DNA of 32,000 nt from Denitrobacterium detoxificans. GTDB taxonomy: Bacteria > Actinomycetota > Coriobacteriia > Coriobacteriales > Eggerthellaceae. Numbering within the stretch: position 1 is the stretch's first letter; the number at the start of each line of letters is the position of its first letter. The notes under the pieces were generated by a model that was not told the DNA's origin, made no database searches, and saw nothing but the letters and a program-made list of their open reading frames with translations. This document shows positions 15,184 through 26,062 of this stretch, one piece after another. Position numbers and translations under genes: made by a program. Location of the stretch: positions 1,364,432-1,396,431 of the forward strand of contig NZ_CP011402.1 in NCBI RefSeq assembly GCF_001643775.1, in the 5' to 3' direction.

Positions 15184-16164
15184 CTACTGCACGGGCTGAA
15201 CGGGAGCGTTCGCCGTCTCCCAGACGTTATAGGCGCTCACGATTTCCGAAACGAGCGAATGGCGCACGATATCGGTGCGCGAAAGCTCGCAGAATGCGAT
15301 GTCTGAAATGCCCTCCAAGATACCACGCACCTGCTTCAGTCCGGAAATGCCACGCGGCAGGTCGAGCTGCGTAACATCACCCGTCACCACCATCTTCGAG
15401 GCGAAACCCAAGCGCGTAAGGAACATCTTCATCTGCTGCGGCGTGGTGTTCTGCGCCTCGTCGAGCACGATGAAGCTGTTATCGAGCGTGCGGCCGCGCA
15501 TGTAGGCAAGCGGCACGATCTCGATGGTGCCGTCTTCCAGATACGCCTGCGCGCGCTGGGGATCCATCATCTCGAACAGAGCATCGTACAAGGGGCGAAT
15601 ATACGGGTCAATCTTCTCGTTCAGCGTGCCCGGCAAGAAGCCAAGGTTCTCGCCCGCTTCCACCACGGGACGCGAGAGAATAACGCGGCTGACCTCGTGC
15701 GAACGCAGTGCGCGAACGGCCATGGCCATGGCAAGATACGTCTTTCCCGTACCAGCAGGCCCAATACCAAAGGTGATGGTGTTCTTGCGAATGGCATCGA
15801 CGTAATGCTTCTGACCAGCCGTCTTGGGGCGAACGGAACGCCCACGATGCGAAAGCACCACGTCGTCACGCAAGGCACGCGGGGCGAATTCACCCGTGCG
15901 AAGCAATTCGATGGCATGCTTCACGTACGCGCGATTGGGCACGCCACCTTCGCGGACATACTGAAAAAGGTCGGTGAACAGCGAAGATACGGCGTCTACT
16001 TCGACCTGCTCGCCCGAGATGCGCACGCTATTTCCGCGCACGAGAATCTGGGCATGATAGCAATCTTCGATAAAGCGCAGAATGTCGTCTTGCGGACCCA
16101 CCACCTTTGCCATATCGACAGTGTCGGGGGCGGTAAGCGAAACGCTCGTTTCCATATCTGTCAT
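15184..16164 (-). CDS. phoH: PhoH family protein
   Basis: GPAGTGKTYLAMAMAV, VEAGENLGFLPGTLNEKIDPY, FIVLDEAQNTTPQQMKMFLTRLG. Confidence 0.96.
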   Translation of the reverse strand: MTDMETSVSLTAPDTVDMAKVVGPQDDILRFIEDCYHAQILVRGNSVRISGEQVEVDAVSSLFTDLFQYVREGGVPNRAYVKHAIELLRTGEFAPRALRDDVVLSHRGRSVRPKTAGQKHYVDAIRKNTITFGIGPAGTGKTYLAMAMAVRALRSHEVSRVILSRPVVEAGENLGFLPGTLNEKIDPYIRPLYDALFEMMDPQRAQAYLEDGTIEIVPLAYMRGRTLDNSFIVLDEAQNTTPQQMKMFLTRLGFASKMVVTGDVTQLDLPRGISGLKQVRGILEGISDIAFCELSRTDIVRHSLVSEIVSAYNVWETANAPVQPVQ

Positions 16165-17387
16165 ACGCTGAATACACCATTCTCGTCGACGGCTTGCAAT
16201 TCACAGGATACTAGACCGCTATCGGGAAAAGAACCATCAAGTTTCACCTGGTAATACGATTCGGTGGTACCAAGGCCGTTTTGCTCCACGAGTACAAACT
16301 CGCGGCTGCCCAGGCGCTTGCGGGCTTCCTGCATGCGCATTTCGTCGCCCAAGCGAGCAAGCTCATCGGCACGCTGCGCGGCGATGATGGGGTCAACCTG
16401 ATCGTCACGTTCCGCGGCGGGCGTACCCACGCGCCGCGAATAGCGGAAGACGTGAATCTTGCTGAACTGGCACAAACGCGCCACACGCAGCGTTTCCTGG
16501 AAGTCCTCGTCGGTTTCCCCGGGAAAGCCCACAATGATGTCGGTCGATAGCGAAAGCTCGGGGATGACCTGGCGCGCACGCTCCACGATGTCAAGGAAGC
16601 GCTCGGCAGAATACGGACGGGCCATCTGGCGCAGCACCCGCGTGCTGCCCGATTGCAGCGGAAGGTGCAGATGACGGCAGACCATGCCATCGGCCTCCGC
16701 AATAGCCTGCAACAGGTCGTCGGTTACATCGCGCGGCTCCACGCTGGAAATGCGAATGCGCACGCTGGGTACCTGTTCGCGCAAGGCACGGACGACGGTC
16801 GCCAACGTAGCGTCACCATCGTGATACGTGCCAAGATTGATGCCCGTGAGCACAATCTCGCGCGCACCAGCCGCGGCAAGCTTGCGCGCCTCGGCGACGC
16901 ATTCCGAAAGAGGCACCGACCAGGCACGGCCACGCGCCACATGGACGATGCAGTACGTGCAGGCATTGTTGCAGCCATCCTGGATCTTCAAGCCCACGCG
17001 AGAGGGAAAGCCCTCGCCGAAGCGCACATCGGATGCAGCAGGCACGATGGATTCGCGCGAAAGGCCACAGCATTCCAGGCACACGTCAACGACCTGGTTC
17101 TTCGGGACCACGATAACGCGTTCACTCATGGAGGCGAATTCATTCGCGTCGATGGCCGCCGCGCATCCGGTCACGATTACGTTGGCATTGGGATAATCGC
17201 GCAATTCGCGGCGCACGGCCTTGCGCGTCTTCTTTTCGGCCTCACCCGTAACGGTGCACGTGTTCACGATGACGCATTCCGGATCGCCGTCGGTAAGGGA
17301 AAACCCAAACGAGCGAAGATCGGCTGCGAATGCATCGGACTCAACGCGATTGACCTTGCAGCCTAGGTTAACGATGCGCGCCCTCAC
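16161..17387 (-). CDS. mtaB: tRNA t6A37 methylthiotransferase MtaB
   Basis: NLGCKVNRVESD, NTCTVTGEAEKKTRK, KIQDGCNNACTYCIVHVARG radical SAM motif; GTG start at 17387 overlapping the rsmE stop. Confidence 0.93.
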   Translation of the reverse strand: MRARIVNLGCKVNRVESDAFAADLRSFGFSLTDGDPECVIVNTCTVTGEAEKKTRKAVRRELRDYPNANVIVTGCAAAIDANEFASMSERVIVVPKNQVVDVCLECCGLSRESIVPAASDVRFGEGFPSRVGLKIQDGCNNACTYCIVHVARGRAWSVPLSECVAEARKLAAAGAREIVLTGINLGTYHDGDATLATVVRALREQVPSVRIRISSVEPRDVTDDLLQAIAEADGMVCRHLHLPLQSGSTRVLRQMARPYSAERFLDIVERARQVIPELSLSTDIIVGFPGETDEDFQETLRVARLCQFSKIHVFRYSRRVGTPAAERDDQVDPIIAAQRADELARLGDEMRMQEARKRLGSREFVLVEQNGLGTTESYYQVKLDGSFPDSGLVSCELQAVDENGVFSV

Positions 17388-18163
17388 TGAAGGCCGCCCA
17401 GCTCGTAGATAACCAAGGCAGGCGCCACGATGCCAGCGGTTTCGGTACGCAGGATGCTCGACCCCAGCGTTACGGTGCTTGCGCACTGATTATGCTCGTG
17501 AAACAGCTGCACTTCCGCTTCGGTGAGCCCACCTTCGGGACCCACGACAACGGCAATGCGCGCATCGTTGCGACCGCACATGTTATGCGCCATGCCGCGC
17601 TCGATGGCAGCCCGTATGCCACCCTCGCGCGCTTCCTCCCAGCACACGATAACCGCCGTAGCGCCTGAAAGCGCCTCGGCCGCCTGCTTCACCGTAGCAG
17701 GCTCATGTATTTCGGGGATGGACATCTGCCCCGACTGCATGGCTGCGCTCTTGGCGATGGAACGCCAGCGAGCCAGTCGCTTCTGCTCCTTCTTGGCGTC
17801 AAGCTTTACAACGCTGCGGTCGCACACGAGCGGGATAAATGCCGAAACGCCAATCTCGGTGGCATGACGGATGACCGTCTCCATCTTGTCGGCCTTGGCA
17901 AGGCCCTGCAAAAGCACGACCTGCGGACCAGCAGCGGGAGCATGTTCATGCGCAGCGATGCGCACAGTAAATGGGTCGCCCGCCTGGACGATCTCGCATT
18001 CGAAGTAATCTTGCGTGGCATCGATGACGGCAATATGCTCGCCAGGAGCCAAGCGCAGCACACGGGCGTGCTTGGCGTCCTCGGCGGACAAACGAAGCGG
18101 AAACACCGCTTCGGTTTCGGATGAAAGTACCTGGTCGTCCAGGAAGAACCGGGGCAGACTCAT
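17384..18163 (-). CDS. rsmE: 16S rRNA m3U1498 methyltransferase
   Basis: KADKMETVIRHATEIGV, VVVGPEGGLTEAEV, LGSSILRTETA. Confidence 0.94.
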   Translation of the reverse strand: MSLPRFFLDDQVLSSETEAVFPLRLSAEDAKHARVLRLAPGEHIAVIDATQDYFECEIVQAGDPFTVRIAAHEHAPAAGPQVVLLQGLAKADKMETVIRHATEIGVSAFIPLVCDRSVVKLDAKKEQKRLARWRSIAKSAAMQSGQMSIPEIHEPATVKQAAEALSGATAVIVCWEEAREGGIRAAIERGMAHNMCGRNDARIAVVVGPEGGLTEAEVQLFHEHNQCASTVTLGSSILRTETAGIVAPALVIYELGGLQ

Positions 18164-18169
18164 GGGACC

Positions 18170-19297
18170 CTAGTTGAACGCGTCTTTGATCTTCTGGAAG
18201 GGCGTGCGTTCTTCAGCATACTCCTCGCCCATTTCCTTCGCCAGCTCTTCCAGAAGCTCGCGCTCGCGCTTGGAAAGCTTCTTGGGAACAACTACGCTGA
18301 CATGGGTAAACAAATCGCCACGAGCATCGCTCTTGAAGCGCGGCATACCATAGCCGCGCACGCGGACCACCTGCTCATTCTGGCAACCAGCCGGAATGGA
18401 CACGGTAACCTTCTCGTCTTCCATGATGCCCTCGACCTCGATGTCGGCACCCAGGCACGCCTGAACGATGGAAACGTTCACGCGCGTATGCAGGTTGTCG
18501 CCATCGCGCTGGAAGAAATCATGCGGCATGATACGGCACGTAACGATGAGATCGCCCGCAGCAGCACCGCGCATGCCCGCTTCGCCGTAACCGGAAAGAC
18601 GCAGCTGCTGGCCATCGCGAATGCCCACGGGCACTTCCACGGAAATGCGCTGACGATCGGGGACGCGGCCCTGACCATCGCATTCGGTGCAGGGGTTCTC
18701 GATGGTCTGGCCCGTACCGCCGCACGTGGGGCACGTAGTAGCCGTTTGCATGTCGCCCAGGAAGGTGCGCTGCACGGTAACCACGCGGCCCTGGCCATGG
18801 CACTCGGGGCACGTGACTTCCTTGCCGTTTTCACCCAGGCCACTGCCACCGCACTCGGGACACGGAGCAAGGCGGTCGTAAATGATCTCCTTCTTTACGC
18901 CCGCGGCGACTTCCTCGAGCGTAAGGCGCAGACCCACGCCCATGTCGCGACCCTCGCGGCGCACGCGCGCACCGCCACCGCCCATGCCGCCTCCGAAGAA
19001 GCTGCTGAACAGATCACCCATGCCAAAGCCGCCACCAAAGATGTCGTCGAAATCCACGTAGGGCTGGCCACCGCCGCTGGCGCCGGGGATGGTGCCAAAG
19101 CGGTCGTACTGAGCGCGCTTGTTAGCGTCGGAAAGGACATCGTACGCCTCGTTGAGTTCCTTGAACTGGTCTTCGGCATCTTCCGCTTTGTTCACGTCGG
19201 GGTGAAGCTGGCGTGCCTTACGACGAAAAGCCTTCTTAATCTCATCGTCCGTCGCCGTCTTCTCGACGCCGAGTACCTCGTAGAGATCCCTTGCCAT
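18170..19297 (-). CDS. dnaJ: Chaperone protein DnaJ
   Basis: J domain with HPD, G/F region, four CxxCxGxG zinc motifs. Confidence 0.97.
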   Translation of the reverse strand: MARDLYEVLGVEKTATDDEIKKAFRRKARQLHPDVNKAEDAEDQFKELNEAYDVLSDANKRAQYDRFGTIPGASGGGQPYVDFDDIFGGGFGMGDLFSSFFGGGMGGGGARVRREGRDMGVGLRLTLEEVAAGVKKEIIYDRLAPCPECGGSGLGENGKEVTCPECHGQGRVVTVQRTFLGDMQTATTCPTCGGTGQTIENPCTECDGQGRVPDRQRISVEVPVGIRDGQQLRLSGYGEAGMRGAAAGDLIVTCRIMPHDFFQRDGDNLHTRVNVSIVQACLGADIEVEGIMEDEKVTVSIPAGCQNEQVVRVRGYGMPRFKSDARGDLFTHVSVVVPKKLSKRERELLEELAKEMGEEYAEERTPFQKIKDAFN

Positions 19298-19340
19298 AAA
19301 GCTGTTGCCTTTCCTTTCTTACGCTACAAGCGCCAATGCG

Positions 19341-20351
19341 CTATTCGTCTCCCAGGGCGCGTCGCGCAACGTTTACCGCGCGAATGACCTGGGCATAATC
19401 CATTCTTGTAGGGCCAATGACCGCCACCACGCCCTCGCTGGCGCCGCGGCCATAGCGCCCGGCGATAACCGATACGCCCGAAAGCTGCGACGGCGCATTT
19501 TCGTGCCCGATACGCACCGACGTAGAATCGGCGGGCGAATCCTTCAGGATCTGCATGAGCACGGTATCGTCTTCCAGCACCTCGAGCACGGGCATGAGGT
19601 TCTGCGCGCGTTCGAATTCGGGCTGCTTGACCATAGTGGAAAGCCCCAAACGGCGTGCATGGCCCGTATCGCCCTCGCGCAAGCACGCGAGCACTTCCTC
19701 GAACAGCACGGAAACGAGTGGCGAATGGAGCAGCTCGGCGGTTTCCTCGTCGAAATCGGCGCGGATTTCCGCAAGCCCCCTGCCCGCGAACACGCGGTTG
19801 AGCACTTCCTGGGCGTGCGCCAAATCGAGGGAATCGACCTCGTCAACGAACTCGATATGCCTGTTCAGCACCTGGCCGTCTTCGGTGACGATGATGGCCA
19901 GCACGCGGTTGGGCGTAAGCGAGACGAACGTGATCTGCTTGATGTCGAGCCGAAGGGTGCTAGGCGGCAGCACGATGGTGAGGTTATTCGTGAAGCGCGC
20001 GAGCGCCGCGGTGGTCTTCTCAATAAGGTCGTCGAGCTCGGAAGCGCTATCGCGCAGGTTGTCGGCCGCGCGGCGCGCATCTTCGTCGAGTTCCTGACCC
20101 GCAAACTGGGTCTTCAACAGGTCGTCCACGAAGGACCGGTAGCCGATATCAGTGGGAATGCGCCCCGCCGAGGTATGCGGCTGCGTAATATAGCCATCGT
20201 CTTCCAGAACCGAAAGCTCGTTGCGCACCGTGGCTGAGCTGACGCCGAGGTTGTAGTTTTCGACCAGCGTACGCGAGCCAACGGGCAGCGCTCGGGAAAC
20301 GTATTCCTCGATAAGCGCAGCTAGAACGCGCTGTCGTCTATCCGAAAGCAT
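19341..20351 (-). CDS. hrcA: Heat-inducible transcription repressor HrcA
   Basis: SDRRQRVLAALIEEYVSRALPVGSRTLVENYNLGVSSATVRNELSVLEDDGYITQPHTSAGRIPTDIGYR. Confidence 0.96.
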   Translation of the reverse strand: MLSDRRQRVLAALIEEYVSRALPVGSRTLVENYNLGVSSATVRNELSVLEDDGYITQPHTSAGRIPTDIGYRSFVDDLLKTQFAGQELDEDARRAADNLRDSASELDDLIEKTTAALARFTNNLTIVLPPSTLRLDIKQITFVSLTPNRVLAIIVTEDGQVLNRHIEFVDEVDSLDLAHAQEVLNRVFAGRGLAEIRADFDEETAELLHSPLVSVLFEEVLACLREGDTGHARRLGLSTMVKQPEFERAQNLMPVLEVLEDDTVLMQILKDSPADSTSVRIGHENAPSQLSGVSVIAGRYGRGASEGVVAVIGPTRMDYAQVIRAVNVARRALGDE

Positions 20352-20425
20352 GGCCCTCCTTTCGCGTAACCGGCCGTTTGAAAAAGCCCACCTGAAGGCG
20401 GGCTGTTCGTTACCACCAGAGCATT

Positions 20426-20452
20426 CTAGCAGCCGCGCCCTTCAAGTGCTAA
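20426..20452 (-). promoter_or_regulatory. CIRCE-like HrcA operator
   Basis: Minus strand TTAGCACTT-N9-GGCTGCTAG, 14/18 to consensus TTAGCACTC-N9-GAGTGCTAA, 75 bp upstream of hrcA. Confidence 0.5.
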
Positions 20453-20547
20453 AACGACACCAATCTGTCACAGTGAACCCACGTGTGAATGGGCAAAACG
20501 CGTGAAATGAGAAACGGATTGGCAGCGAGGAAACGATCAGCTGACGC

Positions 20548-21657
20548 CTAGGGCGCGACATCGAAGATGGCGCCATAGAGCTCGTTGCCGCAGAGCCAGC
20601 CACGCTCGGTGGGCTGCCAGCGATCATCGCAATGCCGCACGAGACCACGTTCGACCAGGCCTTCCATGACCTCACGGAGTTCGGGCGCGAGCTCGCACGC
20701 ACGGGAAAGCGTTTCCTCGGAAACACCCTGGCTCATGCGCATGCCGAGCATGACGTCCTCCACGCGCATTTGGCGCGCATCCAGATCGTCGGTGATTACG
20801 TCGTCTTGCTTGCGCATGCGCCGTTGCGCATTTTGCGTCATAGTAGCCGCGGAAGGGCCTATGCCCAGATACGGCTTACCGGTCCAATAGGCGGTATTGT
20901 GCCTGCTCTGGAAGCCAGGTTTTGCATAGTTCGCCACTTCGTAGCGCTCGAAGCCCGCCTGAGCCAGCTCCTGCGCGGCAATGCGCATATGCTCGGCTTC
21001 GACGTCGTCATCGGGCTCGGGCATCGCGCCGCGCGAAACAAGCTCGTCGAAGGGCGTTCCCGGCTCAATGGCAAGGGGATACACGCTCACGTGCGTGACG
21101 CCCAATTCGATGGCGGTTCGCAGGCTCTGCCGAAAGCTTTCGGCGCTCTGGCCGGGAATGCCGCACATCAGGTCGACACTCACGTTCTGGAACCTGCCAT
21201 GCGCGATTTCAACGGCACGTCGAGCCGCCTGCGCGTCATGCACGCGCCCCAACGTGCGCAGCACGTTATCGTCGAAGCTCTGCACGCCAATGGAAAGGCG
21301 GTTCACGCCTAGCGCCCACAGGTCGTTCACCATGCGCTCGGTAAGGCTGTCGGGGTTCGCCTCCATGGTGCATTCCACCTGGTCAGTAAGGTGCATGGAA
21401 AGACCGAGAATGTACATGATCTCGGTGAGGGCGCCCAAGCCAATATACGAAGGGGTGCCACCGCCCAAATACACCGTTTCCACCTGGGAGAGAAGCCCCT
21501 GCTTGCCGGCGCGGCGGATTTCCAGAATGACATGGTCGACGTACTCGCGTATGAGCGGAGAGCTTGGGTCGACCGCTTGCGTGGCGAAGTCGCAATAGCG
21601 GCAACGCTGCTTGCAGAAGGGCACGTGGATGTAGAGCGCTTTGTACGGGTCGTGCAT
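20548..21657 (-). CDS. hemW: Radical SAM heme chaperone HemW
   Basis: LYIHVPFCKQRCRYCDFAT, YLGGGTPSYIG, LSIGVQSF, CGIPGQ. Confidence 0.94.
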   Translation of the reverse strand: MHDPYKALYIHVPFCKQRCRYCDFATQAVDPSSPLIREYVDHVILEIRRAGKQGLLSQVETVYLGGGTPSYIGLGALTEIMYILGLSMHLTDQVECTMEANPDSLTERMVNDLWALGVNRLSIGVQSFDDNVLRTLGRVHDAQAARRAVEIAHGRFQNVSVDLMCGIPGQSAESFRQSLRTAIELGVTHVSVYPLAIEPGTPFDELVSRGAMPEPDDDVEAEHMRIAAQELAQAGFERYEVANYAKPGFQSRHNTAYWTGKPYLGIGPSAATMTQNAQRRMRKQDDVITDDLDARQMRVEDVMLGMRMSQGVSEETLSRACELAPELREVMEGLVERGLVRHCDDRWQPTERGWLCGNELYGAIFDVAP

Positions 21658-22674
21658 CTAGCAACCCTTCAGATGCTGTTCTAGCTGGTCGAAGGCGAGA
21701 TCGTACTCCTCGATCGTCTTGCAGGCGTTCAGCATGCCGCGTGCGGCAGAGGCACCATCAAGCCCCTTGCAATACCAGCTGCCCTGCTTGCGCATGCGCA
21801 CGAGCGCACGCGGTTCCCATTCGTAGAGCAAATGAGCATGTCGGCGCGCCATTTCCACGCGCTGCAACGGCGTAGGCCCTTCGGGAGCTGGACGGCCCTC
21901 TAGAGCAGCGCGGATCTCGGCGAAGACCCACGGATTGCCCCGCGCCGCACGCGCCACGAGCACGGCCTCGCAGCCCGTTTGCTCCATCATGGCAAGGGCG
22001 CTTGCCCCACTGACCACATCGCCATTGCCCACAACGGGAATGGAAACGGAGCGCACCACGCGCTCGATTACGCCCCAATCGGCCTGGCCATGGTACATTT
22101 GCGCAGCGTATCGACCATGCACGGTAACCGCGCAGGCACCCGCCTGCTCCATGCGGCGGGCGAATTCGGGGGCCGTTTCGTTGTCGATTTCATAACCGCG
22201 ACGGAACTTCACGGTTACCGGAACGCTAGAAGCGGCAACCACCGCAGAAACGATGCGTTCGGCAAGTTCGGGGCTCTTCATGAGGGCACTGCCATCGCCC
22301 TTGGTAACGAGCTTGCGCACGGGACAACCCATGTTGATGTCGATGACGGCAAGCTTCTCCCCCACCGTCTCGCACAGACGCGAAGCCTGACCAGCCATGA
22401 CCTCGGGCTCGTGGCCAAAGATCTGCACACCCACAATGTCTTCGTTGGGGGCCATTTCCAAAAGGTCTTCCGTACGCTCGTTGCCATGCGAAAGGCCCTT
22501 CGCGCTTACCATTTCGGTAAACGTAAGTTGCGCGCCCTGTTCGATGCAAAGCTGGCGCATAACGCGATCGCTCACGCCGGCAAGCGGGGCGAGCATAACG
22601 CGATGAGAACGTAGGAATTCGCGATAGCTGGGCATGGCGCTAGGACAGGCTGCCAACGGCACTGGCAAGCCCAA
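21658..22674 (-). CDS. dusB: tRNA-dihydrouridine synthase, DusB-like
   Basis: LAPLAGVSDRVMRQLC, DINMGCPVRKLVTKGDGSALM, TVHGRYAAQMYHGQADW, VLVARAARGNPW. Confidence 0.93.
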   Translation of the reverse strand: MGLPVPLAACPSAMPSYREFLRSHRVMLAPLAGVSDRVMRQLCIEQGAQLTFTEMVSAKGLSHGNERTEDLLEMAPNEDIVGVQIFGHEPEVMAGQASRLCETVGEKLAVIDINMGCPVRKLVTKGDGSALMKSPELAERIVSAVVAASSVPVTVKFRRGYEIDNETAPEFARRMEQAGACAVTVHGRYAAQMYHGQADWGVIERVVRSVSIPVVGNGDVVSGASALAMMEQTGCEAVLVARAARGNPWVFAEIRAALEGRPAPEGPTPLQRVEMARRHAHLLYEWEPRALVRMRKQGSWYCKGLDGASAARGMLNACKTIEEYDLAFDQLEQHLKGC

Positions 22675-22834
22675 GCGTCATGAATACCGCCAGAACGAGC
22701 AGGACCACGAGAACGCCTACGCAACCCAGCACCACGGCGAGCTTGCTACCGCCGCTCATGCCAGCCTTGACCTGGGCGTTTTTCTTCTCGTCGAACGGAT
22801 CGTCGAGCCAATCGTACTGTTCCTTGCGCGCCAT
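22640..22834 (-). CDS. Small single-TM protein (64 aa)
   Basis: [55 protein letters not shown]; sits between lepA and dusB. Confidence 0.55.
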   Translation of the reverse strand: MARKEQYDWLDDPFDEKKNAQVKAGMSGGSKLAVVLGCVGVLVVLLVLAVFMTLGLASAVGSLS

Positions 22835-24639
22835 TAGTCATCCACCTTCAAAATAGCCATGAATGCCTCTTGCGGCACTTCGACGCTGCCAATGTTCTTC
22901 ATGCGCTTCTTACCGCGCTTCTGCGCTTCCAACAGCTTACGCTTACGGCTGATGTCGCCACCATAGCACTTGGCCAAAACGTCCTTGCGCTTGGCCTTGA
23001 CCGTCTGACGAGCCAAAACGCGCCCGCCCACGGCAGCCTGAATGGGCACCTCGAACATCTGGCGCGGAATGATTTCTTTTAGCTTGTCGCACAGCACCTT
23101 GCCACGGTCGTACGCCTTGTCGCGATGCACGATGAACGACAGCGCGTCGACGGGTTTGCCCGAAAGCAGGATGTCGAGCTTCACCAGGCGACTGGGCTTG
23201 TAGCCATCGAACTCGTAATCGAGCGAAGCGTAGCCCTTCGTGTTGCTCTTCAGCTTGTCGAAGTAATCGAGGATGAGCTCGGAAAGCGGAAGCTCCCAGA
23301 TCATCTCGACCGTCTGCTGCGAAAGGTAGTTCATGGTGACGAACGTGCCACGACGCGCGACGGTAAGATCCATGACAGCGCCCACATAGTCGGGCGGAAT
23401 GAGGATCTTCGCTTTCAGGTACGGCTCTTCCACATGCTCGATTTCGCCCGGATCGGGCATGTCCTGCGGCGAATGCAGGCTGATCATTTCGCCGTTCGTC
23501 TTGTACACGTGGTATTCCACGCTGGGCGCAGTGGCCAGAAGGTCTAGGTCGAACTCGCGCTCCAGGCGCTCCTTCACGACCTCCATGTGCAGCAGGCCCA
23601 AAAAGCCCACGCGGAAGCCGAAGCCGAGCGCGTGGCTGGTTTCAGGTTCGTAGCGCAGAGCGGGGTCGTTCAGCGAGAGCTTGTCGAGGGCATCGCGCAG
23701 ATCGGGGTACTGGTCGCTGTCGATGGGGAACAAGCCTGTGTAGACCATGGGCTTCGCGTCGCGATAGCCCGGCAAGGGCTCTTCCACGCCGCCGGATACG
23801 AGCGTGACGGTATCGCCCACCTTCACCATGGACGTGTCCTTCAGACCCGTGACCAGGTAACCTACTTCACCCACGGAAAGCGAGTCGGCGGCAACTTCCG
23901 CCGGGCGACGTACGCCCACTTCCTCGACATGCGTGGTTGCGCCCGTGGCCATCATGCGGATGCGATCGCCCTTGCGCATGGTGCCGTCGACGATGCGCAC
24001 CAAGGCAACCACGCCGCGGTAAGCATCGAAGTACGAGTCGAAGATAAGCGCGCGCAGCGGTGCGTTCGCATCGCCCGTAGGCGCGGGGATGTTGTAGACC
24101 ACCGATTCCAGCAAGTCGTGCACGCCAACGCCCGTCTTGCCACTGGCAAGCACCGCGTCGTCGGCCGGGATGGCCAGCGCGTCTTCGATTTCACCGCGCA
24201 CGCGTTCCGGCTCGGCGGAAGGCAGGTCGATCTTGTTGATCAGCGGGATAATTTCCAGATTGGCATTCATGGCCATCATGGCATTGGCCACCGTTTGCGC
24301 TTCCACGCCCTGGGTGGCGTCCACCACCAGCACGGCGCCTTCGCATGCAGCCAGACTGCGGGAGACTTCGTACGTAAAGTCGACGTGACCTGGGGTGTCG
24401 ATAAGGTTGAAGTGGTAGACCTGCCCGTCATCGGCGGTATAGTCCACGCGCACGGCCTGGCTCTTGATGGTAATGCCGCGTTCGCGCTCGATGTCCATGG
24501 AATCGAGCAGCTGCTCCTGCATGTCGCGCTGGGCCACCGTGCCCGTCATTTCCAGAATGCGGTCGGAAATGGTGGACTTGCCGTGGTCGATATGCGCGAT
24601 GATGCTGAAGTTTCGTATGTAATTAGGATCTATGCTCAT
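22834..24639 (-). CDS. lepA: Elongation factor 4 (LepA)
   Basis: [44 protein letters not shown]-term [24 protein letters not shown]. Confidence 0.98.
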   Translation of the reverse strand: MSIDPNYIRNFSIIAHIDHGKSTISDRILEMTGTVAQRDMQEQLLDSMDIERERGITIKSQAVRVDYTADDGQVYHFNLIDTPGHVDFTYEVSRSLAACEGAVLVVDATQGVEAQTVANAMMAMNANLEIIPLINKIDLPSAEPERVRGEIEDALAIPADDAVLASGKTGVGVHDLLESVVYNIPAPTGDANAPLRALIFDSYFDAYRGVVALVRIVDGTMRKGDRIRMMATGATTHVEEVGVRRPAEVAADSLSVGEVGYLVTGLKDTSMVKVGDTVTLVSGGVEEPLPGYRDAKPMVYTGLFPIDSDQYPDLRDALDKLSLNDPALRYEPETSHALGFGFRVGFLGLLHMEVVKERLEREFDLDLLATAPSVEYHVYKTNGEMISLHSPQDMPDPGEIEHVEEPYLKAKILIPPDYVGAVMDLTVARRGTFVTMNYLSQQTVEMIWELPLSELILDYFDKLKSNTKGYASLDYEFDGYKPSRLVKLDILLSGKPVDALSFIVHRDKAYDRGKVLCDKLKEIIPRQMFEVPIQAAVGGRVLARQTVKAKRKDVLAKCYGGDISRKRKLLEAQKRGKKRMKNIGSVEVPQEAFMAILKVDD

Positions 24640-24647
24640 GCATAGAA

Positions 24648-25121
24648 CTATAGCGTAATCGTGGCCGAATCGGATTCGTCGGAGCTTACAACCACGATTT
24701 GACCAACAGAAGAATCGCCGTTATCGAGGCAAATGGCCCACACGCCATCGTCGAGCTGGAGCGTCACCTTGCCGCCCTCCACATTTTCCACGTGATCGAG
24801 AATGGGTGTATAGGCAGTTCCGTCGGCCGAGGTGAACAACGGCGTGCAGACGGAAACCTTATCGGCTTTCGTGGAGACGGTAACCGTGTTGTTGGAATGC
24901 AGGGCATCGTTGTGGGCCGTGGTGCCATACGTGGTCTTTTCGCCATGGCAACTGGTGCAATCCTTCGTTGGCGACACGATCTGGTGCCCTCGGGGACCGC
25001 ATCCGCCCAGGAACAAGGCGCACATGAGCGCCGCTGCGCTCAGGCAGGCAAACAGCGTTGCGCTGCGGAAAGAGAGCGTCGTATGGTGTGTAATTGTGGA
25101 TTTGCGCACGTTCAGCCTCAT
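24648..25121 (-). CDS. Exported lipoprotein-like protein with a single CxxCH heme-binding-type motif
   Basis: Signal/lipobox LFLGGCG, then [15 protein letters not shown]; start MRLNVRKS with AGAGGGGACAC RBS. Confidence 0.7.
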   Translation of the reverse strand: MRLNVRKSTITHHTTLSFRSATLFACLSAAALMCALFLGGCGPRGHQIVSPTKDCTSCHGEKTTYGTTAHNDALHSNNTVTVSTKADKVSVCTPLFTSADGTAYTPILDHVENVEGGKVTLQLDDGVWAICLDNGDSSVGQIVVVSSDESDSATITL

Positions 25122-25337
25122 GTGTCCCCTCTTCTCTATTACTATAACCGTGGTCGGAGCGCATATAACGTCCAGCCGTGCTTGCAACGAATGTACCACG
25201 TTCGCCATATACAAGCATTAACCAGAATTACGGTAATGTGAGTATTTCGGTCGCTTAGAGGTACCCAATGCACATGGATTGTGCTACGATTTCAAAGTTT
25301 TCGTTTGAAACATTTGGTATTAACGGAGGATACAGAC

Positions 25338-25832
25338 GTGGCGAACATCAAAAGCCAGAAGAAGCGAATCATTACCAACGAGAAAGCTCGTATGCGCAAC
25401 CGCGCTATCCGTTCCGAGCTGAAGACCGCAACTCGCGCCGTCAAGGACGCTGTTGCTGCGCAGGACGGCCCCAAGGCCATCGAAGCCGCTCATTACGCTT
25501 GCAAGATGATGGACCGCGCCGTTTCCAAGGGTGTTATCCACAAGAACCAGGCTGCCAACCGCAAGAGCGGCATCATGAAGCTCGCCAACACGGTTGCCAC
25601 CGAAGAGGATCGCAAGAACTACAAGGCCCCCGAAAAGAAGGCTCCCGTAGCCAAGGGTGGCACGAAGAAGGCTGCTGCCAAGGCCGCCAAGATCGCTGCT
25701 CTGGAAGAAGCCGCCAAGATCAAGGAAAAGAACCGCAAGGCCACCCAGAAGGCTGAAGCCGCTGCCGCCAAGAAGAAGGCCGAAGCTGCTGCCGCTGAAG
25801 AGGCTGCCGAAGCTGAAGAGTCTGCCGAATAA
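25338..25832 (+). CDS. rpsT: 30S ribosomal protein S20 with a long C-terminal extension
   Basis: GTG start after GGAGG; (V)[30 protein letters not shown]...[33 protein letters not shown] then about 75 aa of A/K/E-rich sequence. Confidence 0.93.
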   Translation: MANIKSQKKRIITNEKARMRNRAIRSELKTATRAVKDAVAAQDGPKAIEAAHYACKMMDRAVSKGVIHKNQAANRKSGIMKLANTVATEEDRKNYKAPEKKAPVAKGGTKKAAAKAAKIAALEEAAKIKEKNRKATQKAEAAAAKKKAEAAAAEEAAEAEESAE

Positions 25833-25877
25833 GGTAAACTATTCATAGCGATCGGATTCGTTCGCATATCAAGTGGG

Positions 25878-25902
25878 AAAAGCCGCTCATTGAGCGGCTT
25901 TT
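25878..25902 (+). terminator. Rho-independent terminator of rpsT
   Basis: AAAAGCCGCTCA-T-TGAGCGGCTTTTCT. Confidence 0.85.
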
Positions 25903-26062
25903 CTATTGTCTGGAGTTATCCAAAAACGACGCTCGATTTAGCTCATTTTCGTTTTGGGGTCTACGCACCCGCCGCAATGTGCCCCGATCCGACAAGGCAC
26001 GGAGTGGAAATAGGTACGAAGCGGAAACTGGAAACGCAAGAAAGAGCGAGAGTCGTTCAGCG

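Noticed and set aside
18302-19387. 361-aa plus-strand ORF opposite dnaJ
   Set aside because: Shadow ORF; dnaJ on the minus strand is unambiguous.
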